In this document: positions 17,488 to 27,074 of the stretch, piece after piece | How positions within the stretch are numbered: position 1 is the stretch's first letter | Layout: each line of letters starts with the position of its first letter | Assembly (NCBI GenBank): GCA_016342285.1 | Contig: JAEINQ010000002.1 | Location: 1-64,000, forward strand | From: Desulfobacterales bacterium | GTDB lineage: Bacteria; Desulfobacterota; Desulfobacteria; Desulfobacterales; JAEINQ01 | Direction: 5' to 3' | Length of the DNA: 64,000 bases | Notes under the pieces: generated by a model | The model's input: the letters and a program-made list of their open reading frames with translations, nothing else | Told to the model about the DNA's origin: nothing | Databases searched by the model: none | Made by a program: the position numbers and the translations under genes

Positions 17488-17515
17488 CCTATACGGGCTG
17501 TCCAAAGCATGTCAA
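17488..17515 (-). promoter_or_regulatory. Sigma-70-like promoter for the aroG leader (minus strand: TTGACA-16 nt-TATAGG)
   Basis: Hexamers read on the minus strand, with the leader ATG about 35 nt downstream. Confidence 0.35.
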
Positions 17516-17680
17516 GGACTTTTTTGACGGATGTTTGTAACCAAGCCCCTGACACAGGGGTTGACAGGCCGGGCCAAAACCGCTACGAAACGGCAAAATC
17601 AATCCGGCAACAGACAGGTTATGTCAGGCAAAGGCCATCCCGACCTAGGGGGATGGCCTTTTTTATTTTCAGGAGGATCC

Positions 17681-19294
17681 ATGGCGATCAAGATCAGTGT
17701 ACTGGCAATATATTTTCTCGTGGTTCTGGCCATCGGCCTGGTGGCACGCACGCGATGGAAATCTTCTCCTGAAACCTATTTCCTGGCGGACCGAAAGCTG
17801 GGGACCCTGGTCCTGCTGGGGACCATGGTTGCAACCAACTTCAGCGCCTTTACGGTGTTTGGCACTTCAGGCGCCGGTTATCGCGACGGTTATGCTTTCT
17901 TTCCCATCATGGGGTTCGGCACTGGTTTCATGGCTCTGACCTTCTGGATTCTGGGCCGCAAAATATGGCAAATCGGGCTGGATAGAAACATCGTGACCCC
18001 GCCGGAGCTGGTTCGTGCCCTGTATGGGAGCCCAGCGCTCTCCTTTCTTTTTGCCCTGGTGATGATTGTCTTCACCATTCCGTACCTGGCCCTGCAGCCC
18101 ATGGCTGCCGGCTATGCCCTGGACGCGCTCATCGGACTTCCCTACGTGTGGGGGTGCGTCCTGGTGACGGCCATCATTGTCCTTTACACCCTGCGTGGCG
18201 GTATGCGGGCCGTGGCCTGGACCGATCTGTTCCAGGGGGCGTTGATGTTTGTGTTGCTGGGCGTATCCCTCTTTCTGGTGGTTCGCCACTACGGAGGTTT
18301 TGCCGAAGCCAACGCACGGGTGCTGGCCGCCAGTCCCGAACTCTTCTCCCGGCCGGGCGGGACGGGAAAATACACCGTGGGCGTCTGGTTCAGCTTCATC
18401 ATGCTGTGGTTCTTCTGCGATCCCATGTTCCCTCAGCTGTTCCAACGCTTTTTTTCCGCCAAGAGCCCCAAGACCATCTCCCGCATCATGCTCTTTTATC
18501 CGGTGGTCTGCACCGTGGTTTTTTTCATACCCATCGCCATCGGGGTCCTGGGCCGCCTCGCCTTTCCGGATCTGGTGGGCAAAGAGGCCGACCGGATTCT
18601 TCCCATGGTACTGACCCTGATCTCCGGCGACGTCATGGCGGCCCTGGTCATTGCGGCCGGCCTGGCAGCCCTCATGTCGACCATGGACTCCCAGCTACTG
18701 ACCTTAAGCTCGATCTTCACCCGCGACGTGATGCCCATGGTCAGCAAAAAGGAATCCAGCGGAAGCCTCACGGGCCGAATCTTTGTCATCTGCCTGAGTA
18801 TCGCCGGCCTGGCTCTGGCCTATAAACCGCCGGCCACCATTCTGCAGATCGCCACCCAGACCTTTACCGGCCTGGCCGTGCTTTTTCCAACCGTGGTTTT
18901 CGGTCTTTACCTTAAGCGGGTTTTTGCCCAGGCGGCCATCCTCTCCATCGTCACTGGTGAGGCAATGGTGCTGCTCTTCTACCTGAAGGTGATCTCTGCG
19001 GGCGCTTTTCTTCCGGTGGTCTGGGTCATGGCCGTGGCTTTTGGCGTCTATCTGTCCGTCCATGCCTTCCTGCTCCATCGCCGGGGGGATCTATCCGTCA
19101 CCGTGCCCGGATGGGTAGCGAATCCCTACTTCCTGGCCCTGGGGGCGATTTTCCTGCTGGCCATGGATTTCTGGGCCTGGGGGCGGGTAACGCCGCTCTT
19201 TTTCGGTATGCCCTGGTGGATCGCCTACTTCGTGGTGCTCTCTGCCCTCCAGACCGTGGTGATGTTCTATCTGGTCCGGGCCGAAAGCCGTTAG
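17681..19294 (+). CDS. Sodium:solute symporter (SSS) family transporter
   Basis: 13-14 TM helices and SSS family blocks; AGGAGG RBS directly before ATG 17681 (track ORF starts earlier at 17531). Confidence 0.85.
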   Translation: MAIKISVLAIYFLVVLAIGLVARTRWKSSPETYFLADRKLGTLVLLGTMVATNFSAFTVFGTSGAGYRDGYAFFPIMGFGTGFMALTFWILGRKIWQIGLDRNIVTPPELVRALYGSPALSFLFALVMIVFTIPYLALQPMAAGYALDALIGLPYVWGCVLVTAIIVLYTLRGGMRAVAWTDLFQGALMFVLLGVSLFLVVRHYGGFAEANARVLAASPELFSRPGGTGKYTVGVWFSFIMLWFFCDPMFPQLFQRFFSAKSPKTISRIMLFYPVVCTVVFFIPIAIGVLGRLAFPDLVGKEADRILPMVLTLISGDVMAALVIAAGLAALMSTMDSQLLTLSSIFTRDVMPMVSKKESSGSLTGRIFVICLSIAGLALAYKPPATILQIATQTFTGLAVLFPTVVFGLYLKRVFAQAAILSIVTGEAMVLLFYLKVISAGAFLPVVWVMAVAFGVYLSVHAFLLHRRGDLSVTVPGWVANPYFLALGAIFLLAMDFWAWGRVTPLFFGMPWWIAYFVVLSALQTVVMFYLVRAESR

Positions 19295-19395
19295 CAAGTG
19301 TCCGGCCTGTTGGGCAACAAAGGGTAAGATTTTGCCCCTACGATAAATTCATGGCGGGCGTGGGGCGCGGCAATGGACATGCTCCAGCACCGATA

Positions 19396-20253
19396 TCATT
19401 TGATGGCGCGAACCACTGCAAACATCTCCTCAACGGGGGGGGCAACCCCGGTCCACAACCTGAAACCCTCGGCCCCCTGATAAACCAGCATGCCAATACC
19501 CGTAACGATCTTGCATCCTTTTGCCTCAGCCCGTTTCAGCAGTTCGGTCTTGGCCGGATTGTACACGATGTCGCTGACAATCTGACCTTTTCGGAGCAGT
19601 TCGGTGTCCATGGGCAACCGATCCTCGTCCGGGTGCATCCCGATGCTGGTCGTATTGATCACCACATCGACCTGTTGAAAGGCGGATTTCATCTCCTTCG
19701 GGTCTTTGCCGACCACATGGCAGCAGGGCCGGACCTTGTCATTGATCTCGCCGGCCAGGTCATACGCTTTTTGTTCCGTGCGATTGCTGATAAGGATTTT
19801 TCCCGCCCCTTTGAAAGCCATGGTCATGGCGATAGCCCGAGCGGCGCCACCGCAGCCGACGATGAGGTGGCGCTTTCCCTTGATAGAGATCCTTGCTTCG
19901 GTTTCCAGCGATTGGACAAATCCCTCGCCGTCGGTATTGTACCCCGTTGTCCTGCCGTCTTTGATGGTGACCACATTGACCGCGCCGATGACGGTGGCCA
20001 GTTCATGGATGTGGTCGATGTGTTCCATGATTCTGATTTTATGGGGAACGGTCACGTTGTAGCCGGCAAAATTCATCTTTGAAATGCCGCGGGCCACATC
20101 TTTCAGGTTCTCCGGCACCACTTCGATGGGCAGGTAGAAGAAATTCAGGCCCAGCGTCTGAAAGGCTTTGTTGTGCATGGCCGGTGAAAAACTGTGACCC
20201 AGGGGATTGCCCAGCAGTCCGACCAGTTTGGTGTTTACATCGACGATTGACAT
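19396..20253 (-). CDS. aroE: Shikimate dehydrogenase
   Basis: LLGNPLGHSFSPAMHN, NVTVPHK and GAGGAARAI blocks; start taken at MSIVDV (20253). Confidence 0.85.
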   Translation of the reverse strand: MSIVDVNTKLVGLLGNPLGHSFSPAMHNKAFQTLGLNFFYLPIEVVPENLKDVARGISKMNFAGYNVTVPHKIRIMEHIDHIHELATVIGAVNVVTIKDGRTTGYNTDGEGFVQSLETEARISIKGKRHLIVGCGGAARAIAMTMAFKGAGKILISNRTEQKAYDLAGEINDKVRPCCHVVGKDPKEMKSAFQQVDVVINTTSIGMHPDEDRLPMDTELLRKGQIVSDIVYNPAKTELLKRAEAKGCKIVTGIGMLVYQGAEGFRLWTGVAPPVEEMFAVVRAIK

Positions 20254-20324
20254 ATGGTTGTCCTTTTTGCTGAGAAGGGGGCCGACCCTATCAAGACAAG
20301 ACCTCGGCCAGCACGGTTCCGTAA

Positions 20325-20462
20325 AAAACCCGAAATCTGAGTTACGCGAATCCTTCTTCATTGCGGAGTACTCCTAAGTACGCCTCATTCCTCAGGATTC
20401 GCAAGCCTTGATTTCGAGATTTTTCCAAAACCGTCTGAAAAGCGACTTTTTACGAGCGTATC
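20325..20462 (+). repeat. Repeat family R, copy 4, in the aroD-aroE gap, abutting the aroD stop
   Basis: GGTTCCGTAAAAAACCCGAAATCTGAGTTACGCGAATCC...CTTTTTACGAGCGTATC aligns with copy 1 over its whole length. Confidence 0.7.
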
Positions 20463-21237
20463 AAAAAGGGAGCGCTTCCCACGCTTTGCGAATATCGCCG
20501 ATGGGGATCTGCCCCGGCGCCGAACTGGCCTTGCCGATAGCAAAGGTGAGATCGGATCCGAACAACCCGCCGGCGATTCGAGTAATGCCCCCTTCCCCGC
20601 CCATGGACAGGGTGATGATGGGAATGTCCAACAGTTCGGTCCTCGCCTTGTACGTGGCGCTAAGCAGGGTAAGCACATCTCCGTAGTCTTTGGGCATCAC
20701 GGCAACCTTGGCAACATCTCCACCAAGTTTTGCCGCTTCGGAAAGCTTGCCAACGATGAAACTCTCCGCCGGCGTTTCTTCAAAATTATGGTAGGACAAT
20801 ATCAGCTTGGCGCCTGCATTTACACAGGCTTGCTTCACCGCTGCGATCATGGCCGCTCCGTTGGAGATCTCCGTGTCAATGAAATCGGCCTTGCCCGATG
20901 CAATGACCGCATCCATGACCGCGATTCGCTCGTTTTCTGCAATTTCCTGAAAACCGCCCTCTTCAATGATCCGGCAGGTAAAAATCAATGGGATGTCCCC
21001 GATGGCCTCTCTCAAATGGTTCAGCGCATCAAGCACGGCGCCGGTGTCCCGAACCGCCTCAAATTTGTCCGCACGCCATTCCAATGCGTCCGGCGTATAG
21101 GCCAGCACCTCTTTGGCCTGCTGCAACAGTGAATCACCATCCTCGGCCACCAGAGGCAGGCAAATCCAAGGGGTGGGGCCGCCGAGCGTTTTATTTCGGA
21201 TCGTCAACGTCTTTTTGCTCTGAAGCCTCATGATCAT
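20461..21237 (-). CDS. aroD: 3-dehydroquinate dehydratase, type I
   Basis: Type I DHQase blocks (EWRAD.F, IFTCR, catalytic Lys context); AGGAGAA RBS. Confidence 0.85.
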   Translation of the reverse strand: MIMRLQSKKTLTIRNKTLGGPTPWICLPLVAEDGDSLLQQAKEVLAYTPDALEWRADKFEAVRDTGAVLDALNHLREAIGDIPLIFTCRIIEEGGFQEIAENERIAVMDAVIASGKADFIDTEISNGAAMIAAVKQACVNAGAKLILSYHNFEETPAESFIVGKLSEAAKLGGDVAKVAVMPKDYGDVLTLLSATYKARTELLDIPIITLSMGGEGGITRIAGGLFGSDLTFAIGKASSAPGQIPIGDIRKAWEALPF

Positions 21238-21589
21238 TTCTCCTCATTTTACATTTTGGGCAGGCCGATCTTGCCGGAACCTGCTTTATGCAGCAATGCA
21301 TATCCCCGACCGCTGATGGTTGCCAGATTTTTTTTCTAATTCAACGCATATGACATAATTGTCAAAAATTCGGCGAAAAGTCGAGGTTTCGTGGAAACCT
21401 GAAAAAAGTTTGAAAACCATAAATCAAATCCTCTCAGCATTTCGTTCCGGTAGATCGAATTATGTTATATTTGCGGATAATTACCCGCCATCTGCCGGGC
21501 CGACTGCCTCCTCGCACCATCGCTTCCGCGCTTTTGTTACATTATTGACATTTTAGGTTTCCATCTTGTCATTTCGAAAGGACATCGCG

Positions 21590-22915
21590 ATGAATCAAAG
21601 ACAGCCCATGGTTTTGGCTTGGACGGTTGCGTGCCTGTTTCCTGCGGTAGCCTATGCAGGGGACACGATGGCGACGGACACGGGAACGACGGCGTGGATG
21701 CTCACATCAACGGCGCTGGTCTTGTTGATGGTTCCCGGACTGGCCATGTTCTACGGCGGCCTGGTGCGCACCAAAAACGTTCTGGGCACGATGATGCACT
21801 CCTTTGCCGCCATGGCCATCATCGGGGTGCTATGGGTGGTGTGCGGCTATGCGCTGTGCTTTGGGGACGGCATTCTCGGCGGCGTCGTCGGGTGGCGCGG
21901 GGACTACTTCCTGCTCAAAGGCATCGACGAGAGCATGATCAAAGGCGTTCCCGAATATGTACTTGCCATGTTTCAAGGCAAGTTCGCCATCATCACCCCG
22001 GCGCTCATCAGCGGTGCGCTGGCCGAACGGGTCTTCTTCCGGGGGTATTGCCTCTTTATCCTTTTGTGGTTCCTGCTGATCTACTGCCCGCTGTGCCACT
22101 GGGTCTGGGCCGCCGACGGATGGCTGTTCAACCTCGGCGCCGGCGGGGTCATCGATCTTGCCGGGGGGCTGGTCATTCACGTCTCCGCAGGGGTCAGCGC
22201 GCTGGTCGTGGCCCTCTTTTTGGGCAAACGCATCGGGTATCCGGAAAAGACCATGCAGCCCAACAACCTGGTCATGACCATGATGGGGGCCGGCCTGTTG
22301 TGGGTCGGCTGGTTCGGTTTCAACGCCGGTTCCACCGCTCAAAGCGGCCTCGACACGGCACGGGCCCTGACCATGACCCAGGTGTCGGCTGCCAGCGGGG
22401 CATTGACCTGGATGGCCATCGAGGCGTTTCTCTTCAAGAAAGCCACATCCCTCGGATTCGCCTCGGGGGTACTGGCCGGGCTGGTGGTCATCACCCCGGC
22501 GGCCGGCGTTGTCCAGCCCGTCGGGGCACTGATCCTCGGCGCCTGCTCCTCGGTGGTTTGCTACCTCGCCCTCAAGGCCAAAAACAGGTTCGGCTACGAT
22601 GATTCCCTGGATTGTTTCGGGATTCACGGCGTGGGCAGCGGTTTCGGCGTCATCTGCCTGAGTTTTTTCATCCGCAAAAGCTGGATGCAGGCGGCCGCCG
22701 TATCCGTCGGCACCGGCGGGTGGAGCGCCATCGACCAGTTGCAGGTCCAGTTGACGGGCATGGGGGCCACCATCGCCTGGGCGGCGGCAGGCACCATCCT
22801 CATCTGCCTGGTGGTGGAGAAAACCATCGGATTTCGGATCGACGCAGACGCGGAGGTCATGGGCATCGATTACACCTTGCATGGCGAGCATGGCTATGGT
22901 TTGATCAACTCCTGA
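21590..22915 (+). CDS. amt: Ammonium transporter Amt (copy 1)
   Basis: Signal peptide plus 11 TM helices and Amt signature blocks (MFYGGLVR, HWVWAADGW, GGLVIHVSAG); ATG 21590 with AAGGA RBS (track starts at TTG 21566). Confidence 0.85.
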   Translation: MNQRQPMVLAWTVACLFPAVAYAGDTMATDTGTTAWMLTSTALVLLMVPGLAMFYGGLVRTKNVLGTMMHSFAAMAIIGVLWVVCGYALCFGDGILGGVVGWRGDYFLLKGIDESMIKGVPEYVLAMFQGKFAIITPALISGALAERVFFRGYCLFILLWFLLIYCPLCHWVWAADGWLFNLGAGGVIDLAGGLVIHVSAGVSALVVALFLGKRIGYPEKTMQPNNLVMTMMGAGLLWVGWFGFNAGSTAQSGLDTARALTMTQVSAASGALTWMAIEAFLFKKATSLGFASGVLAGLVVITPAAGVVQPVGALILGACSSVVCYLALKAKNRFGYDDSLDCFGIHGVGSGFGVICLSFFIRKSWMQAAAVSVGTGGWSAIDQLQVQLTGMGATIAWAAAGTILICLVVEKTIGFRIDADAEVMGIDYTLHGEHGYGLINS

Positions 22916-23010
22916 TCGAAGGTACCCCGCGGTGGGACTTGCCGGCGGTTTGACGGTTGTCCGGCCACGGGGAATGCGCCCGCTGATGCGGGTTCGATAC
23001 GCAGTAGGAA

Positions 23011-23238
23011 CCCACCTCCTGTGGGCGTGGTCAAAGTCAATTGGCTATGCCGAGACACCTATGTTGACGTGAGTAAAGTTTGAAGTGAGTCCCGCCAGGG
23101 CGGGATTAGGACTTCTGCCCATTATATAAAATCGGTGGAGCCTAGCGACTCTTCAACTTTAGTCACTCCACACTGATATGGGGGGCGGCAATCCAACCCC
23201 TTTCAGGGGCAAACCAATGCCTGGTCCTCTGGGCCAGG
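23011..23238 (+). repeat. Bipartite structured element A: 5' module CCCACCTCCTGTGGGCGTGGTCAAAGTCAATTGGCTATGCCG, a long variable hairpin, and 3' module CCCCTTTCAGGGGCAAACCAATGCCTGGTCCTCTGGGCCAGG, ending ~30 nt before glnK1
   Basis: Both modules are conserved in element B at 35899-36160 with the same ~190-nt spacing. The middle is an imperfect long inverted repeat (GTGAGTAAAGTTTGAAGTGAGTC ... GACTCTTCAACTTTAGTCACTC). Confidence 0.55.
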
Positions 23239-23253
23239 CGTGTACCTTCATGA

Positions 23254-23610
<357 letters not shown>

Positions 23611-23638
23611 ACCGGGCTGCCGGAGACAACATGGGAAA

Positions 23639-23668
23639 GGCTGCGACCAATCGTCGCAGCCTTTTTTT
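23639..23668 (+). terminator. Rho-independent terminator after glnK1
   Basis: GGCTGCGAC-CAA-TCGTCGCAGCC stem-loop followed by T7. Confidence 0.8.
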
Positions 23669-23721
23669 GCGTCTATACCATTTGTCAGAGAAACGTTCCG
23701 ATGGCAACAAGGGGCCGCATC

Positions 23722-24696
23722 TTAATTGTTGATAATTCCTTTTTCCAACTGTTTAATCCGGCCCTTGAGCTTTTTATCCTTTAGGATTTTTTCGGCAACA
23801 GCCTTGTGCCGCATGGTGATGGCGGCACCGGATACCTGGCCAAAGTGCTCTCCCAAATCTTTGCCGCTCAGGCTCACGAGATTTCGGGAAAGATAGATGG
23901 CAACATCCCGCGGAAGATTTTTCTTCTTTCCCTTGGTCAGAATCTGATCCTGATCGACACCGAACGATTCCCCGACCGCTGAAACGATATGGCTGACTTC
24001 AACTCCAGGCTTGAGCGCTTTTAACTGAGGCTTCTCCTTGTCATTTGGTTCCGGTGACAGGAACTGATCTTTGACCCACGCCACGAAATCCTCACCGCCG
24101 AGAATAAAGCCGCCTGCCGGCGATTTGCCGGGATTTTCCACAGACCCGGGATCAACACCTTCAACAAAGGCCTTGTAGTTTTTTTTGGCCGTTCGAAGGT
24201 TCTTGCCAAACTGTGACAGGAGCCAATCGGCAGCAAGCCATTTGGGTACCTTCTCTTTGCCGATGAAAAACGGATAACTGCTCCAGGGGTAATCCGATGC
24301 CGATTCGACCATTTTCGCCCGAACCGGATTCAGGTGGATGTACCGTGACAGGTGTTTGAGGTATTCGTCCGCGTCCACCAGCAGGGCTTTAAAGCGCCCC
24401 TGGAACAGATGGCCGCGGCGTTGCCGCTTGATGTTGAAATAGACGGCGTAACTGACATTGATCCACTGGATCGCACGGCTCAGGTTGGCTTCAGGGGTTT
24501 CCACCAGCAGGTGGTAGTGGTTGGTCATCAGGCAGTAGGTGTGAATGCGGATTGAAAAGCGCGAACTGGCCGTTTCAAGGTATTCGAGAAATTTTTCCCG
24601 GTCTCGAAGGCTCTTGAAGACGTCTTCGCCGGCATTGCCGCGGTTGATCACATGGTAAAAAGCGCCGGGATATTCCACCCGCAAGGGTCTGGCCAT
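23722..24696 (-). CDS. IS200-like Y1 (HuH) transposase domain fused to a C-terminal DnaA-C-like helix-turn-helix domain
   Basis: Y1 transposase motifs (YHVINRG, NHYHLLV HuH, catalytic Tyr region). The C-terminal ~100 aa resemble the DnaA C-terminal DNA-binding domain (RDVAIYLSRNLVSLSGKDLGEHFG...AAITMRHKAVAEKI). Confidence 0.7.
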   Translation of the reverse strand: MARPLRVEYPGAFYHVINRGNAGEDVFKSLRDREKFLEYLETASSRFSIRIHTYCLMTNHYHLLVETPEANLSRAIQWINVSYAVYFNIKRQRRGHLFQGRFKALLVDADEYLKHLSRYIHLNPVRAKMVESASDYPWSSYPFFIGKEKVPKWLAADWLLSQFGKNLRTAKKNYKAFVEGVDPGSVENPGKSPAGGFILGGEDFVAWVKDQFLSPEPNDKEKPQLKALKPGVEVSHIVSAVGESFGVDQDQILTKGKKKNLPRDVAIYLSRNLVSLSGKDLGEHFGQVSGAAITMRHKAVAEKILKDKKLKGRIKQLEKGIINN

Positions 24697-24844
24697 GGCT
24701 CGGGGTCCTTCCGGAGGGTTGAATCAATCGAACTGCCAATCTCAATCTGTCCAACTATGATAACCCTTAGCCGAATGGGCTGGTTCTGTCAATAATTAAT
24801 AATTAAGACGCGACCCCTTTGTCCATACGCTTTCGCCGGTTGAG

Positions 24845-24868
24845 CCGGTTTGGCCGGTTTGGCCGGTT
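24845..24868. repeat. Short tandem repeat (CCGGTTTGG)x2.7
   Basis: CCGGTTTGGCCGGTTTGGCCGGTT read directly. Confidence 0.7.
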
Positions 24869-24931
24869 AAAGAAATATGATCTGATTTATTCCTGGCTTA
24901 ACCGGCCTGACAGGCCTAACCGGCAAACTGG

Positions 24932-26953
24932 CTACCCCTGAGGCTTTTCATCATTGAACTTGTCCACGATCTCACTGATTTTGTCCAGGATGGCCGGATC
25001 TTTGCGCAAGGCTTTGATAAATGCGGCGGTGGTTTTGAGATCGAAATCGTCACCGAATACCTTGACCAGAACAGCCGCCAGTTTTAGATCGCTCGCGCCT
25101 TGGGCCAGCAACGTTCGCATATGGGCGATGGCCTCCGGGTGTTTGTTCAGTTGAGCGGCAACGGCATCGACGCTGTCTGCAGGCAGGCGTTTGCCGAAAA
25201 GGCTGCGTAGAATCCCGCTCAGGGTCTCTCCGATATCGCTGACCATATCGCCGGCCTTCTTCAAGGCGTTGGGGTCCATGGTGTCAGCGACGCCTTCCAC
25301 CAGGTTCGAGACGCTCTGGCCCCGGTTGAACATGTTCATCATCTTGCTCATGGTGCCGGGATCACCGAAGATATTCATCTTGGCGTTGGCCAGGGATTGT
25401 CCCATGGCCGTGGCAAAAGACTTCTGCACTTCGCCGTTTACCTCGATCTCCTTGAGCTTAACCTCGAGCTGCACCGAAATCTCCTTGAACTCGGCTTTGG
25501 CCTTTAGCTCGGGCTGCAACACATCGTTGATCCGTTTCTGTTCGACAGCCACCTTTTCTTTCTCGACACTGACCGGCACCATCTGCTTGGCCTGCTCGCC
25601 GGCCGCTTCGGCGATCAGCGCGTCCATCTCGGCGGCCGCCTTGAGCTTGCGTGCTTCCGCTTCCTTTTCCGCGGCTTTGCGCAAGGCTTCGGCCTGACGT
25701 TCGGTCTGGTACGCTTCCTGGTCGATCTGACGCGCTTTGTCGATATACGCTTTTTCCGCCGTGCGCTTGGCCTCTTCGGTTACGGCTACGGTCTTGACCT
25801 GCTGATCGGCGGCTTCGCGCTCGGCCTCGGCCAGTTTCTGGGCCGCTTCGGCCGTGGCGCGCTCTTCGGCGGTCTTGGCAATGGCTTTCTGGCGCTCCAT
25901 GTCAGCCACCTGCTGGGCGCGTTCGCGCTCCACGTTTGCCACCTGAACGCGCTGCTCGCGCACCACATTGGCCACTGAAACCGCCTCATCGCGTTTTACT
26001 TCCCGCACCCGGGCCAGCTCGTCCTGCTCGGCGGTAAAGGTGGCCGCCTTTTGCTGCGCTTCGGCCTGAGCCTTCTCGATCTCGCTGTTCTGCCGGGCTT
26101 CGGCCGAGGCCCGGGCGATCTCCTGCTCGTAGACGAACTGGTCTTTCTCCACATCCTGCATCTTGATGGACTTGTCGGCCTCGCGCTCCAGGGCGTTGGT
26201 TTCAGCGCGCATCTGCTGGGTGATCTCGGCAATCTGGCGCGTGCCCTGGGCATCAAAGATGTTGGACTCGGCCTTCATTTTATCCGGCGGTGTCTGGTCA
26301 AGCTGGGATACGGTGACGCTTTCCAGGGTCAAACCGTTGTGCCGCAAGTCGCTGGAGACGATTTTTTGGACCGCGTCGGCGAACTCGTCACGCTTGGCAT
26401 TCAGATCTTCCAGGGACCTGGTGGCCGCCACCGTGCGCAGGGCTGAAATGAGTTTTTCATTGACCAGTTCTTTGACCGTTGACGCATTGATCGAGCGCTC
26501 GCCCAGGGAGGTGGCCGAGTTGACCACTGCCTCGCGGTCCTTTTGTACCTTGATATAAAACTCCGCTTTGATGTCGGCGCGCAATTTGTCGCCGGTGATC
26601 AGGGCATCCTGGTCCTTGCGCTCCACGTCCAGGCGCATGGTGGCCAGAGAGACCGGCACCACTTTGTGCACCACCGGAATGACGATGGCGCCGCCGTCGA
26701 TGATCACTTTCTGTCCGCCCATGCCAGTGCGTACAAAGGCCTCGTCCGCGGCAGTGCGCACATAGAGCCGGGTGACGATGAGAACAATGGATCCGAGCAA
26801 CAGCATCACCACGCCGAAACCGACCAGGATCAAGCGGCTCAGACCAGCCACCACTTCAAACATGAACGGCAGCACAATAAATGCCACGGCAAACAAAATC
26901 ATCATGATTCCGAAACCGGCACCGGATCCGCTTTTGGTTCTTATTTCAGACAT
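24932..26953 (-). CDS. Flotillin-like SPFH/band-7 domain protein (YqiK/FloA-like) with a long coiled-coil C-terminus
   Basis: N-terminal TM hairpin, SPFH domain, then ~350 aa of E/A/K/Q-rich coiled coil. Confidence 0.8.
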   Translation of the reverse strand: MSEIRTKSGSGAGFGIMMILFAVAFIVLPFMFEVVAGLSRLILVGFGVVMLLLGSIVLIVTRLYVRTAADEAFVRTGMGGQKVIIDGGAIVIPVVHKVVPVSLATMRLDVERKDQDALITGDKLRADIKAEFYIKVQKDREAVVNSATSLGERSINASTVKELVNEKLISALRTVAATRSLEDLNAKRDEFADAVQKIVSSDLRHNGLTLESVTVSQLDQTPPDKMKAESNIFDAQGTRQIAEITQQMRAETNALEREADKSIKMQDVEKDQFVYEQEIARASAEARQNSEIEKAQAEAQQKAATFTAEQDELARVREVKRDEAVSVANVVREQRVQVANVERERAQQVADMERQKAIAKTAEERATAEAAQKLAEAEREAADQQVKTVAVTEEAKRTAEKAYIDKARQIDQEAYQTERQAEALRKAAEKEAEARKLKAAAEMDALIAEAAGEQAKQMVPVSVEKEKVAVEQKRINDVLQPELKAKAEFKEISVQLEVKLKEIEVNGEVQKSFATAMGQSLANAKMNIFGDPGTMSKMMNMFNRGQSVSNLVEGVADTMDPNALKKAGDMVSDIGETLSGILRSLFGKRLPADSVDAVAAQLNKHPEAIAHMRTLLAQGASDLKLAAVLVKVFGDDFDLKTTAAFIKALRKDPAILDKISEIVDKFNDEKPQG

Positions 26954-27074
26954 CGGTTATCCTTTCCTGGGTTGATTAATTGGGGCCCGAACAGAAGCAT
27001 ACCGCCTTGCAGAAGCAGGGCTGGGCATTTTCGCACGCGACATTCGAACCTATCCTTTCTTCTCAGAAGGCGGA

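Noticed and set aside
24845-24868. Possible CRISPR-like or iteron array (CCGGTTTGG tandem repeats)
   Set aside because: Only about 2.7 short units with no spacers, so it is a simple tandem repeat. No CRISPR arrays were seen anywhere in the window.
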